IMG/VR virus record: IMGVR_UViG_3300028283_000002
Coordinates: 70,438-134,437 of that record
Source: a virus
Reading direction: 5' to 3' (one strand)
DNA length: 64,000 nucleotides
Shown here piece after piece: positions 46,875 through 55,206 of the stretch. Position 1 is the first letter of the stretch, and each line of letters starts with the position of its first letter. Under the pieces are notes generated by a model. It searched no databases. It saw only the letters and a program-made list of their open reading frames with translations, and was not told the origin of the DNA. A program made the position numbers and the translations under genes.

Positions 46875-49096
46875 TCTTGTGAATTATTGTTATTAATACT
46901 AGATTTATTTGTTATAGCAGACTGTACCAGTCTTGTTGTACCTCCGAATGACGTGAAATTAATAGTTTTATCGGTACTCTTAGTCCAACCAAAATCAAGA
47001 GCCAGATCCTTAACATTAACAATATTAGGTATAGCTATAATACTTTGCAATTTAGCTATTTCTACTCTTTCTAAAAGAATAACAGTATTACCAACTGTAG
47101 CTGGTGTCTGGTAAGCGTAATTTATCTGAACACCAAGATTCGTCAAACTGGATACAACAGCGTCTATTTGAGCGTTTGTTATTCCGCCCTTTATCCAAAC
47201 TATAACATTTCTATAAGAATCAAGAGTGCCTCTCGCTCCAGGTTGTAATAAAGGAATACCATCGGCATTAAATTGTGGTGGTATAATATCATTTATTCCA
47301 CCACTTCTTTCCGCTGCCACCTGTGCTGATGCTTTTGCGTCCGCTGAAGTTACACCACCAGTTGCATTCGGTACATCTTTTAAAGCTAGATCAGCACTAG
47401 TATTACCAGATGAAATTGATGGCGTTGTTTTAACATCTAAGAATTTAAGATTTTCAAATATTTTAAATTTACCTGAATAAAGTAATGTTTTTGTTTTATA
47501 ATTACTGGCGTTTAAAATAATATAGAAGTTATCTGACTTTTCTTTAGTCATTTGTTTCAAGATAGGTATATCTTCTTGATTAACTTTAAAGACAACTACA
47601 CCAATATCAAATTTATTTTCATCTGTCTGGAAATAAATTTCTTTTTCTACTGTTTTAGTATCAGATTTAAAAACTAAATTTAATTTAGAATTAAGCAACA
47701 CTTTACTTAAATTATAAGGAGTTATTGGGGAAGTAGGTGTATCTTGTTTTGCCATTTGAAATTTGATAATATTATCAAAGGGGGTTAATATTATATTTAA
47801 TAATCCCATACCTTTGTAATCACTATCTGTTCCAGGATTCCAATTATTCGCTAATATTTTATAATTGTTTATAAGAATAGGGAAAGGAACTTTAACTAGA
47901 TTAATATCAACATTTGTAGTAGTAGTTTTCAAATCATACACCTTATCGTATTTGTAATTATAAATCTTAGGTTTAGATAAATTATCAACAGTTAATCTCG
48001 CTAACGTCTTACCATATTTTAATAAATTATTCGTAAGCCCAATACTAGCAAATCTACTAAATGAACTACTATCCACTAAATCTATAACCTTCATTTCTAC
48101 ATCAATGGCGGCAGTTGTATTAGAATATTTAATAATAGGTCTATATTCAATCTTTTGTGCAAAATTTTCTGTTACTAAAAATGTAATCGGAAACCCACTT
48201 ATTAAATTTTCTTCGTATAAAGTTACGACGTATTCGATATTTATCTTTCTTCCCTGTGATTCAAGATTATTAACGAAGTTATCCATGTTCTCATTTGAGT
48301 TATCGTAAACTCCATATATTTCAAAGAAATCCCCTTGTGTAGATTCTTCAACCATTACACCTAATGTTTGGTACTCTGGTTGTATAGATAAAGAAGTTTT
48401 ATAAGTATCACCTAGATAATAATAAGGAACACTAAAAACTGTCTGTTTAGATGATATAAACGAAAACTCTAAATAAATAGGAGCACTCATATTTAATCCA
48501 ACACTATCTGTTAAATGATCGTTAACACTATCTGGTGTTACAACATTTGTTGTTGGATTTATATTTCTTTGATTAGCAGTGTCTTGTACGCTAGGAACAT
48601 AGAATGTTAAATATTTACCCCATTCTTTTTGGTTGTATGTAAATGGAGTGGCTAGGTCCATTAATTGATCGGCGTATTCAATAACGCCACTAACACTTTG
48701 TGCTTGTGTTTTATCAAAATAGAAATTGGAAAGTGGGTATTGTTTTTTACCTAAATAATCAAGGGCTTGAATTTTTAAATAGAAACCGTAATATACACCA
48801 AAATTATAACTAGACGGAAAGTATAATGTTACTTTATCGTAAAGCATCGGAGCAGTAGAATAATTCTGTAACTTTAAGAAGTTGAATTTAGTAGGATCTA
48901 CTTTTGAATATTTTTTAGTTGTTGCGTCTATTACGAATAAGTTATGATCAATATCATTGATATTAGTTGTAGATAAGAAGTTTCGAGTATTTTTTGTAAG
49001 GTCTGACCATACAATATAATTTTCTGTTACGTTTAAACTACTGTAATCCCATTCTAATAAAACATTTTGGTCTAGATTTAAATATTTTTTAGCCAT
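46871..49096 (-). CDS. Large putative structural protein (start revised to 49096, MAKKYL)
   Basis: About 741 aa beta-rich protein after a TATATA box. Confidence 0.6.
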   Translation of the reverse strand: MAKKYLNLDQNVLLEWDYSSLNVTENYIVWSDLTKNTRNFLSTTNINDIDHNLFVIDATTKKYSKVDPTKFNFLKLQNYSTAPMLYDKVTLYFPSSYNFGVYYGFYLKIQALDYLGKKQYPLSNFYFDKTQAQSVSGVIEYADQLMDLATPFTYNQKEWGKYLTFYVPSVQDTANQRNINPTTNVVTPDSVNDHLTDSVGLNMSAPIYLEFSFISSKQTVFSVPYYYLGDTYKTSLSIQPEYQTLGVMVEESTQGDFFEIYGVYDNSNENMDNFVNNLESQGRKINIEYVVTLYEENLISGFPITFLVTENFAQKIEYRPIIKYSNTTAAIDVEMKVIDLVDSSSFSRFASIGLTNNLLKYGKTLARLTVDNLSKPKIYNYKYDKVYDLKTTTTNVDINLVKVPFPILINNYKILANNWNPGTDSDYKGMGLLNIILTPFDNIIKFQMAKQDTPTSPITPYNLSKVLLNSKLNLVFKSDTKTVEKEIYFQTDENKFDIGVVVFKVNQEDIPILKQMTKEKSDNFYIILNASNYKTKTLLYSGKFKIFENLKFLDVKTTPSISSGNTSADLALKDVPNATGGVTSADAKASAQVAAERSGGINDIIPPQFNADGIPLLQPGARGTLDSYRNVIVWIKGGITNAQIDAVVSSLTNLGVQINYAYQTPATVGNTVILLERVEIAKLQSIIAIPNIVNVKDLALDFGWTKSTDKTINFTSFGGTTRLVQSAITNKSSINNNNSQD

Positions 49097-49147
49097 TGTT
49101 GCACATTTCTTTTTCGTTATATATAAAAAATGGCAACACACAAAAAC

Positions 49148-49183
49148 AAAAAACCCCAACAAAAATTGCTGGGGTTTCTTTTT
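49148..49183 (-). terminator. Rho-independent terminator
   Basis: AAACCCCAGC...GTTGGGGTTTTT on the minus strand. Confidence 0.7.
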
Positions 49184-49398
49184 TACATCCACTTTTTACG
49201 TTTCTCATCAAACTCTTTTTCAAGTTTGGTTAAACTGTAACTCCATGTTTCAGGAAAATCAAGTAACCTGTACTTTTGATTCCTTACTTCTTGGTGAATG
49301 TTTCTAGGTTCTGCTTCAATAAAGTAATATTGAGCACGGTAACCTCTTCGGTTTACCATATCGACTCTCCAAAGTCGAAGTTTATCATTTGTTTTCAT
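49183..49398 (-). CDS. Hypothetical protein
   Basis: 71-aa ORF followed by a terminator. Confidence 0.55.
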   Translation of the reverse strand: MKTNDKLRLWRVDMVNRRGYRAQYYFIEAEPRNIHQEVRNQKYRLLDFPETWSYSLTKLEKEFDEKRKKWM

Positions 49399-49482
49399 AA
49401 CTCAAGATCTACTTGAGTTATGATGAGTTATATTTTTTCATATTACTATATATACAATATTTTTAGTGTAGTTTGGACAATT

Positions 49483-50526
49483 TTAACGTCTTCCACCGCC
49501 ACCACCGCCACCACGCATTCCACCACCTCCGCCACTAGAGCCACCACGCATCCCACTACCACTTGATCCACCACTTCTACCTGCTGGTGAGTAAGAACCA
49601 CCTCCTCTAGATGGAGTTGAATAACTACCACTACTTCTGGTAGGTGAAGAATAATTACCAGTTCCTCTTTGTTGTGAAGGAGAATTATAACCCCTATTAT
49701 AACCAGGATTTTGTCTCTGTGAAGGAGAATTATATCCTCTATTATTAGGAGTTTGTGAAGGAGATCTATATCCAGGATTTACTGTCCTAGTACGAGGACT
49801 CACATATTCTTGGCTAGACCTAGCTTGACGATACTGAGCAGGATAATAACTCTTAGCGTTATTATATCTTTGTTGCTGATTATTTCTTTGTTGTGTACTA
49901 ACACCCCTATTAACAGGTTGCCTACTTTGTAAAGCTCTATTACTTGGTGTTCTAGTATTTATTCCACTCCTTGTATTCACAACAGTTCTTGGGTTCACGC
50001 CAGTTGTTCTGGTATTCCTATACATATCATTTCTTTTACCATTATAGTTGTTACGACCGTAACCAACATCCCTGTGTCTTCCCATATATGTATTATAATG
50101 AGCACCATAGTTACCGTAACCGTAATAACCGTAATACCCACCGTAATATCCCCATCCGTAATAAGGATAACCCCAGTAACCACCGTACCAATAAGGATTG
50201 TACCATCCGAACCCGTAGTAATATGGTGAGTAATAAGGAGCATATCCCCAACTATATCCCATATAGTAATAAGGACTATAAACGGACACGTAGAAAGGAT
50301 CTGGATCAAATATATTAACGTAGAGATTCTTTTCCGCGTTATACACTGTACCAAAACCAAACTTGTTCTCGTCGTAATACTTTGTAGTATCTACCGAAGT
50401 TGAATCTGGAGGTGAAGTATATGATAAATCATCGGTGTAATATGATTGTGGGTTAACTGTAGCGTTACGCGTAGCAGTACAACCGACAAAGATCAATAAA
50501 ATCAGAAATAAGAAAATCTTTTTCAT
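49483..50526 (-). CDS. Lipoprotein with Tyr/Gly-rich and Arg/Ser/Gly-rich disordered regions
   Basis: MKKIFLFLILLIFVG-C lipobox; YYGWGYYGG tracts; C-terminal RGG/SGG tail. Confidence 0.75.
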   Translation of the reverse strand: MKKIFLFLILLIFVGCTATRNATVNPQSYYTDDLSYTSPPDSTSVDTTKYYDENKFGFGTVYNAEKNLYVNIFDPDPFYVSVYSPYYYMGYSWGYAPYYSPYYYGFGWYNPYWYGGYWGYPYYGWGYYGGYYGYYGYGNYGAHYNTYMGRHRDVGYGRNNYNGKRNDMYRNTRTTGVNPRTVVNTRSGINTRTPSNRALQSRQPVNRGVSTQQRNNQQQRYNNAKSYYPAQYRQARSSQEYVSPRTRTVNPGYRSPSQTPNNRGYNSPSQRQNPGYNRGYNSPSQQRGTGNYSSPTRSSGSYSTPSRGGGSYSPAGRSGGSSGSGMRGGSSGGGGGMRGGGGGGGRR

Positions 50527-50559
50527 AATTATTTGATTATTTTATATATTATATAACAA

Positions 50560-51192
50560 TTATTGTGACAAAGGTTTTAATTCGTTCGGAGTTATCTTTT
50601 GGAACATCCAATGATCATCCGTTGTAACATGTCCTTTTCTAACATATTTAGCGATAGATTTTTCAAACTCTTCAAATGAAAAACTAGAAGCCAATCTAAT
50701 AACAAACCCCTCTTGTATTTCAGTATTTATTTTGAAATTCTCAATAAACTCTTTGTTATAAATACCTCTCCATAAAACTGGGACGTGTTCTAATCCAAGA
50801 AATTTACTAAAAGTAACTGTATCATCCCACGATAAACAAGTATCATCTTCGTCCCAAATAGAAAATACCATAAAATAAGAAGGAAGACTTTTATATGATA
50901 ATGAATGTTGAGCGTAAAGATTTTCACCACAAATTTTCCAATCATCTGGAATATTATATTTGATATTCCCCCAAAGTCCTTTAACCCAGTGTCTTGAAGG
51001 ATGATCAGCACTATCTAACGAACGGGCGTGAATACAATCATTCATAAGAGTCGTATTTTCACCATCTAACTTCTCGCTTATTACTATTTCCTTTCCATTA
51101 AAAAAATCAATGTTTTTATGTATTCTATCGTCACTTGTGGCTCCAGGGCTCCAGGGAACGTGCGCCGTGCGCGGGTATTTACGTTTCATCAC
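50560..51192 (-). CDS. ATP-dependent RNA ligase family protein
   Basis: KYPRT.H.PWS.G...DD, EKLDGEN (motif I), GEN, EGFVIR, AKYVR. Confidence 0.88.
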   Translation of the reverse strand: MMKRKYPRTAHVPWSPGATSDDRIHKNIDFFNGKEIVISEKLDGENTTLMNDCIHARSLDSADHPSRHWVKGLWGNIKYNIPDDWKICGENLYAQHSLSYKSLPSYFMVFSIWDEDDTCLSWDDTVTFSKFLGLEHVPVLWRGIYNKEFIENFKINTEIQEGFVIRLASSFSFEEFEKSIAKYVRKGHVTTDDHWMFQKITPNELKPLSQ

Positions 51193-51481
51193 TTTTAATT
51201 TTTTTAATTATAAAATTTATTAAATCATTTTTATATTCTTTTAATTCTTTCTCCCATATATATATTATTTTATATCCTTTACTTTCAGCTAATAATTTTT
51301 TATTTAAATCCTTTTCCCACAATTCTTTAGCTATAGCACTTTTAAACGGGTGTGGTAAAATATCAGTTTCTTTATAAATTAAAGGGTTAGCGTGCCAAAA
51401 ATCTCCATTTATTTCTATTAATAAGTTCGTATTGGTAATTCTAATATCATATGAATTTTTATTTATCCAATATTGTTTTGA
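51179..51481 (-). pseudogene. Start-less remnant of a DUF559/Vsr-like endonuclease
   Basis: Frame reads YDIRI...IEINGDFWHANP..Y...D.L..PFK......W.KDLNKK.LAES.GYK...WE, paralogous to the C-terminus of 54124-55047; TAG immediately upstream. Confidence 0.7.
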
Positions 51482-51821
51482 CTACTTGTAATGATTGTGG
51501 GACACAGTATATAAGACATCTACCATCACTTATATACTGTGTCCCACAATCATTACAAGTAGTCAGAGGTTTCAATGGTGTTGTTTTCTTACCTTTTATA
51601 AAATTACTCCACTGTTTATGATATTTCTTTTTATAATGTTCACAATTTCTTTCAGATTGTGATAAATAACATTCTGAATCACAAGCCATTCCAGCGTCAC
51701 TACCAGGATATAAATAATCTAAAAAACAAGAACCTTCTGGGCATTCACAGATTTCCCAATTCTCTTCACCGTAAGGATCAAGTTCTTTTTTAGAATCAAA
51801 CATTTTAAATTTTTTTATCAT
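51459..51821 (-). CDS. Cys-rich protein with CTS-like N-terminus immediately followed by the DPYGEExW tag
   Basis: MIKKFKMFDSKKELDPYGEENWE followed by many Cys. Confidence 0.65.
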   Translation of the reverse strand: MIKKFKMFDSKKELDPYGEENWEICECPEGSCFLDYLYPGSDAGMACDSECYLSQSERNCEHYKKKYHKQWSNFIKGKKTTPLKPLTTCNDCGTQYISDGRCLIYCVPQSLQVVKTILDK

Positions 51822-51940
51822 TACAAATATACTTATTTTTGTCCACTTAAAAAAATTAATTTAAACTAACATTTATATTGATATATATTAAAAATAACAA
51901 CAATAAAAAAGATATATAAGGAGAAAAATTTAATTCAATT

Positions 51941-52849
51941 ATGAGAAACCAGAAGATAAGGACTTTCTACAAAAAAGAAATGGCTTTAAATGATATAGTC
52001 GCAGAAAACTACTCAATGTCCCCCAACAAACCAAAGTTGTTCATGGATCACGTAGAAAAGAAAGACAAGAAAGACCTCCTTATCGTTGACGAAGACTTTG
52101 ACCCCTTCAGCCGTGAAGATTTCTATATCGCTCATACAAAAGAATACGTTGACGCTTTTTTCGATAATATTCCAAACCTTAACGTTAGTAATAAATTAAA
52201 ATGGACACCAGAATTTGCTGATACTGTAAGATACACAAACTCATCACTTTACGCTGCTATTAAACATAGTATTGATTATCCTGATATAGTTAGTTTATCC
52301 CCGACTGCTGGATTTCACCACGCTATGCCACATAGAGGATTTGATTTCTGTACTTTTTCTGGTCAAGTTATAGCTTCTGCTAAAATATACCAACAATACA
52401 AATTGGCTGGTGCTTACATAGATTTAGATGCCCATTTTGGTAACTCCATTGGAGATAGTATGAACTTTGTTAAAGATTTAGATAAGGCTATTGTGATGAA
52501 CATTAACCCAGAAGATTACCACGATTGGTACATTAAAAATCTAAACAGAGATCTTAAAATTCTAGAAAATAAGATATTAAATAAAGAAGTAGATTATTTA
52601 GTGTTTGCTCACGGTGCTGATAGCACAGAAGATGATGATCTTGGCGACGGTCAATTAACTGATAAGGGTTGGGTTAGAGTTAGTGAAATAGTTTATAATT
52701 TCATTAACGAAATTGATTTAAAATTAGGAAGACCTATCCCATTAACTCTATCTTTATTTGGCGGATACAGAAGACATGACTTCGATAGTGTGTTGGACTT
52801 GCATTTAACGGATATAGAAAAATGCCACAGTATCCTCTGTAAAAATTAA
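51941..52849 (+). CDS. Histone-deacetylase-family (Zn-dependent) deacylase
   Basis: GFHHA....G..FC.F, YIDLDAHFGN, GAD...DD, FGGY. Confidence 0.9.
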   Translation: MRNQKIRTFYKKEMALNDIVAENYSMSPNKPKLFMDHVEKKDKKDLLIVDEDFDPFSREDFYIAHTKEYVDAFFDNIPNLNVSNKLKWTPEFADTVRYTNSSLYAAIKHSIDYPDIVSLSPTAGFHHAMPHRGFDFCTFSGQVIASAKIYQQYKLAGAYIDLDAHFGNSIGDSMNFVKDLDKAIVMNINPEDYHDWYIKNLNRDLKILENKILNKEVDYLVFAHGADSTEDDDLGDGQLTDKGWVRVSEIVYNFINEIDLKLGRPIPLTLSLFGGYRRHDFDSVLDLHLTDIEKCHSILCKN

Positions 52850-52873
52850 TTCTAAAATTTAATATATAGTGGC

Positions 52874-54151
52874 ATGAAATACCTTGGTACTATATTAGAA
52901 GAATTGGGTGTTAAATCATTACCAGTTTCGTCTTATTTAAATTGGAGTGATTTAGAATTCGATAAGATTAGAAAAACTAGGGGCGATAAATATAAAAAAT
53001 ATGGAGGTAAAGAATTAGCAGATGAAAGAAGATCTTTAAAGAAGAAAATTAAAGCTGATATAGATGAAATAAAAAAATTAAAAGATACTGGCATTTTCTT
53101 TATCGAGAAAGAGTCTTTTCTAATGCAATTTTTCACTCTTTACTTCTACAACGTTAGGTACAAAAAACCAATATCTGATATATTTAAAAAATGGGGAATC
53201 GATCCACTCGCAGCTAAAACACATTTCAGTTTAGAAGATAGATTAAACAGAATGCACTTTCTTAAAGGCGTTGATCCTCAGTTGAGGGGGACGGGTCTGG
53301 CGGAATTACTTTACAAAGAATTTATACATTATATAGGATGGGCTACATCAAATGCTGACGCCAAACCAGGTGTTAAAGTTATATGGTCAAAATTAGCTAA
53401 GGACGATGATTTTTATACTGTTGTAACTTATTTTGATGTATTGGCTATAAGTAAGAAAAAAGGATATACAGAAGAAGAAATAAGACAAATTGTAAATAGA
53501 TTTTTAGAATCTAAAGTTGAAGACGTTTATAAATATAAGGGCAAGACAGTCATAGACGACGAACTTCTTGAAATGTTCCCCGAACTAAAAGATAAATATT
53601 ACAGAAAAGGTAAAGTAGTTAAAAGATATGAGAACATTATAAAGAAAGAATTGAAATATCTTCCTTTTATAAACGATTCATTAATTATAGACGTCAAGGG
53701 GAACGAAGAATATTGTTTGATTAGAGATGTATATTTCACACACGGTAAAATATATTACTGGGGTGTGGTTAGATCAGGCGATATAATCATCTCACCTTAT
53801 ATCGAAGACGGGGAAATAGGGTTCAGTAAAGTTCTTTGGAAAGAAGTAGATGGTTACGATAAATATACTATATTACAACAAGACGTTGATGTAGTTGGCA
53901 TCATACCAAACTCTAATGATATAAGATTAACTAGGAGAAATGTTAGTGTGCAAGATATGATAGATGGTGTAAGATTATCATACATACCTAGGAGAGTTGT
54001 ATATAGTGGTGAGGAGTTAGATAGATTAGTCTTTTCGAGAACAAGAGTTAAAAACGCCATTGAAGTAAGAATATCTTATAAAGACGAAAGAAGAAAATTA
54101 CAACTCATTAAGAATCACGAGTATTATAAAAGAATGTTCATCGCTAGATAA
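52874..54151 (+). CDS. Protein with GNAT acetyltransferase-like domain
   Basis: Acetyl-CoA motif A GVDPQLRGTGLAELLY followed by S.....P....IW.KL. Confidence 0.7.
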   Translation: MKYLGTILEELGVKSLPVSSYLNWSDLEFDKIRKTRGDKYKKYGGKELADERRSLKKKIKADIDEIKKLKDTGIFFIEKESFLMQFFTLYFYNVRYKKPISDIFKKWGIDPLAAKTHFSLEDRLNRMHFLKGVDPQLRGTGLAELLYKEFIHYIGWATSNADAKPGVKVIWSKLAKDDDFYTVVTYFDVLAISKKKGYTEEEIRQIVNRFLESKVEDVYKYKGKTVIDDELLEMFPELKDKYYRKGKVVKRYENIIKKELKYLPFINDSLIIDVKGNEEYCLIRDVYFTHGKIYYWGVVRSGDIIISPYIEDGEIGFSKVLWKEVDGYDKYTILQQDVDVVGIIPNSNDIRLTRRNVSVQDMIDGVRLSYIPRRVVYSGEELDRLVFSRTRVKNAIEVRISYKDERRKLQLIKNHEYYKRMFIAR

Positions 54152-55047
54152 TTGATTAGATTATCGTCGTTCAAATCCTTTATATCATTTTCCCAAATAT
54201 AAAACACCTTATAACCAAAGGATTCTGCTAATACCTTTTTATTTAAATCCCTTCTCCATATAGTTTTTACTCTTTCTTTTTTAAATGGGAATTTCAAAAC
54301 GTCGTTCTCGTTATAAAGAACAGGATTAGCGTGCCATAGATCGCTATTAACATCTATCAGAGTATTCTTTATCTTTATATCAAAGAACTTCCTTCCAACC
54401 ATGAATCTCTTAGTGTATGTTATATTCAATTTATCAAGACAGTTTGTAACCTTAGACTCTATTGAAGAATATATTTTATCAAGAAGAAAGTCTTTTTGCT
54501 CATCTGATAAGTTAATCCAATGATTATAACATATTTTATATAAACTCTTTAATTCATTTTGTACTTCTTCGTCTATGGTATCATTTTTCATATCTAACGT
54601 TTTAGATATGAATAGATCACGTAGATTTATGAAATTCTGTATGTTTTTAGAAGCATTTAGATTTTTTAAACGTTTCTTATTTTTAACAGATTGGAGTTTA
54701 GATACGTTATCCACTCCGTATTTGGTCATACAAGTTTTTTTGTATTTCTTGGTTGATATTTGTTTGGAACTTACTTTCATAGTTCTTCTTTTGATATTGT
54801 AATAATCTAGAAGAAATATTATGTTATTGTAACTTATGAGATGATCTTTTCTGATCTCAGGAAGACTTTTAAGTTTGACGACGTATTCATCGAAGAGAGT
54901 ATTTTTAGTACTTATCATGGGGAAGTTATAAGATAGAAATTCAATTTTGATTCCTTCTTTTGTCCATACTTTCATGTTCTTGTTACACCTATAAATATGG
55001 CGACCGTCGTAGCGATTGATTCTATTTTTACAAAAAGGACAGTGCAT
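54124..55047 (-). CDS. Putative DUF559/Vsr-like homing endonuclease
   Basis: CPFC..H..C, KYGVDN, FDIKI..LIDVNSDLWHANP, GYKVFYIWE. Confidence 0.7.
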   Translation of the reverse strand: MHCPFCKNRINRYDGRHIYRCNKNMKVWTKEGIKIEFLSYNFPMISTKNTLFDEYVVKLKSLPEIRKDHLISYNNIIFLLDYYNIKRRTMKVSSKQISTKKYKKTCMTKYGVDNVSKLQSVKNKKRLKNLNASKNIQNFINLRDLFISKTLDMKNDTIDEEVQNELKSLYKICYNHWINLSDEQKDFLLDKIYSSIESKVTNCLDKLNITYTKRFMVGRKFFDIKIKNTLIDVNSDLWHANPVLYNENDVLKFPFKKERVKTIWRRDLNKKVLAESFGYKVFYIWENDIKDLNDDNLINYLAMNILL

Positions 55048-55206
55048 CTTCTCACGTATATATAAATAGTGAGAAGTTGGATAACTTCATATTTTTCAGT
55101 TGGAAAACTATCGAAAAATGAGAAAAATTATAATATATATAGTATTAAACGTATTAAATTGTATGTGAGTCGTGGGACAAACATAGTAAAAAATAATTAA
55201 AAAAAT

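Noticed and set aside
8400-51192. Phosphoesterase plus RNA ligase as a linked RNA-repair operon
   Set aside because: The genes are more than 40 kb apart and both are common in large phages, so there is no linkage evidence.
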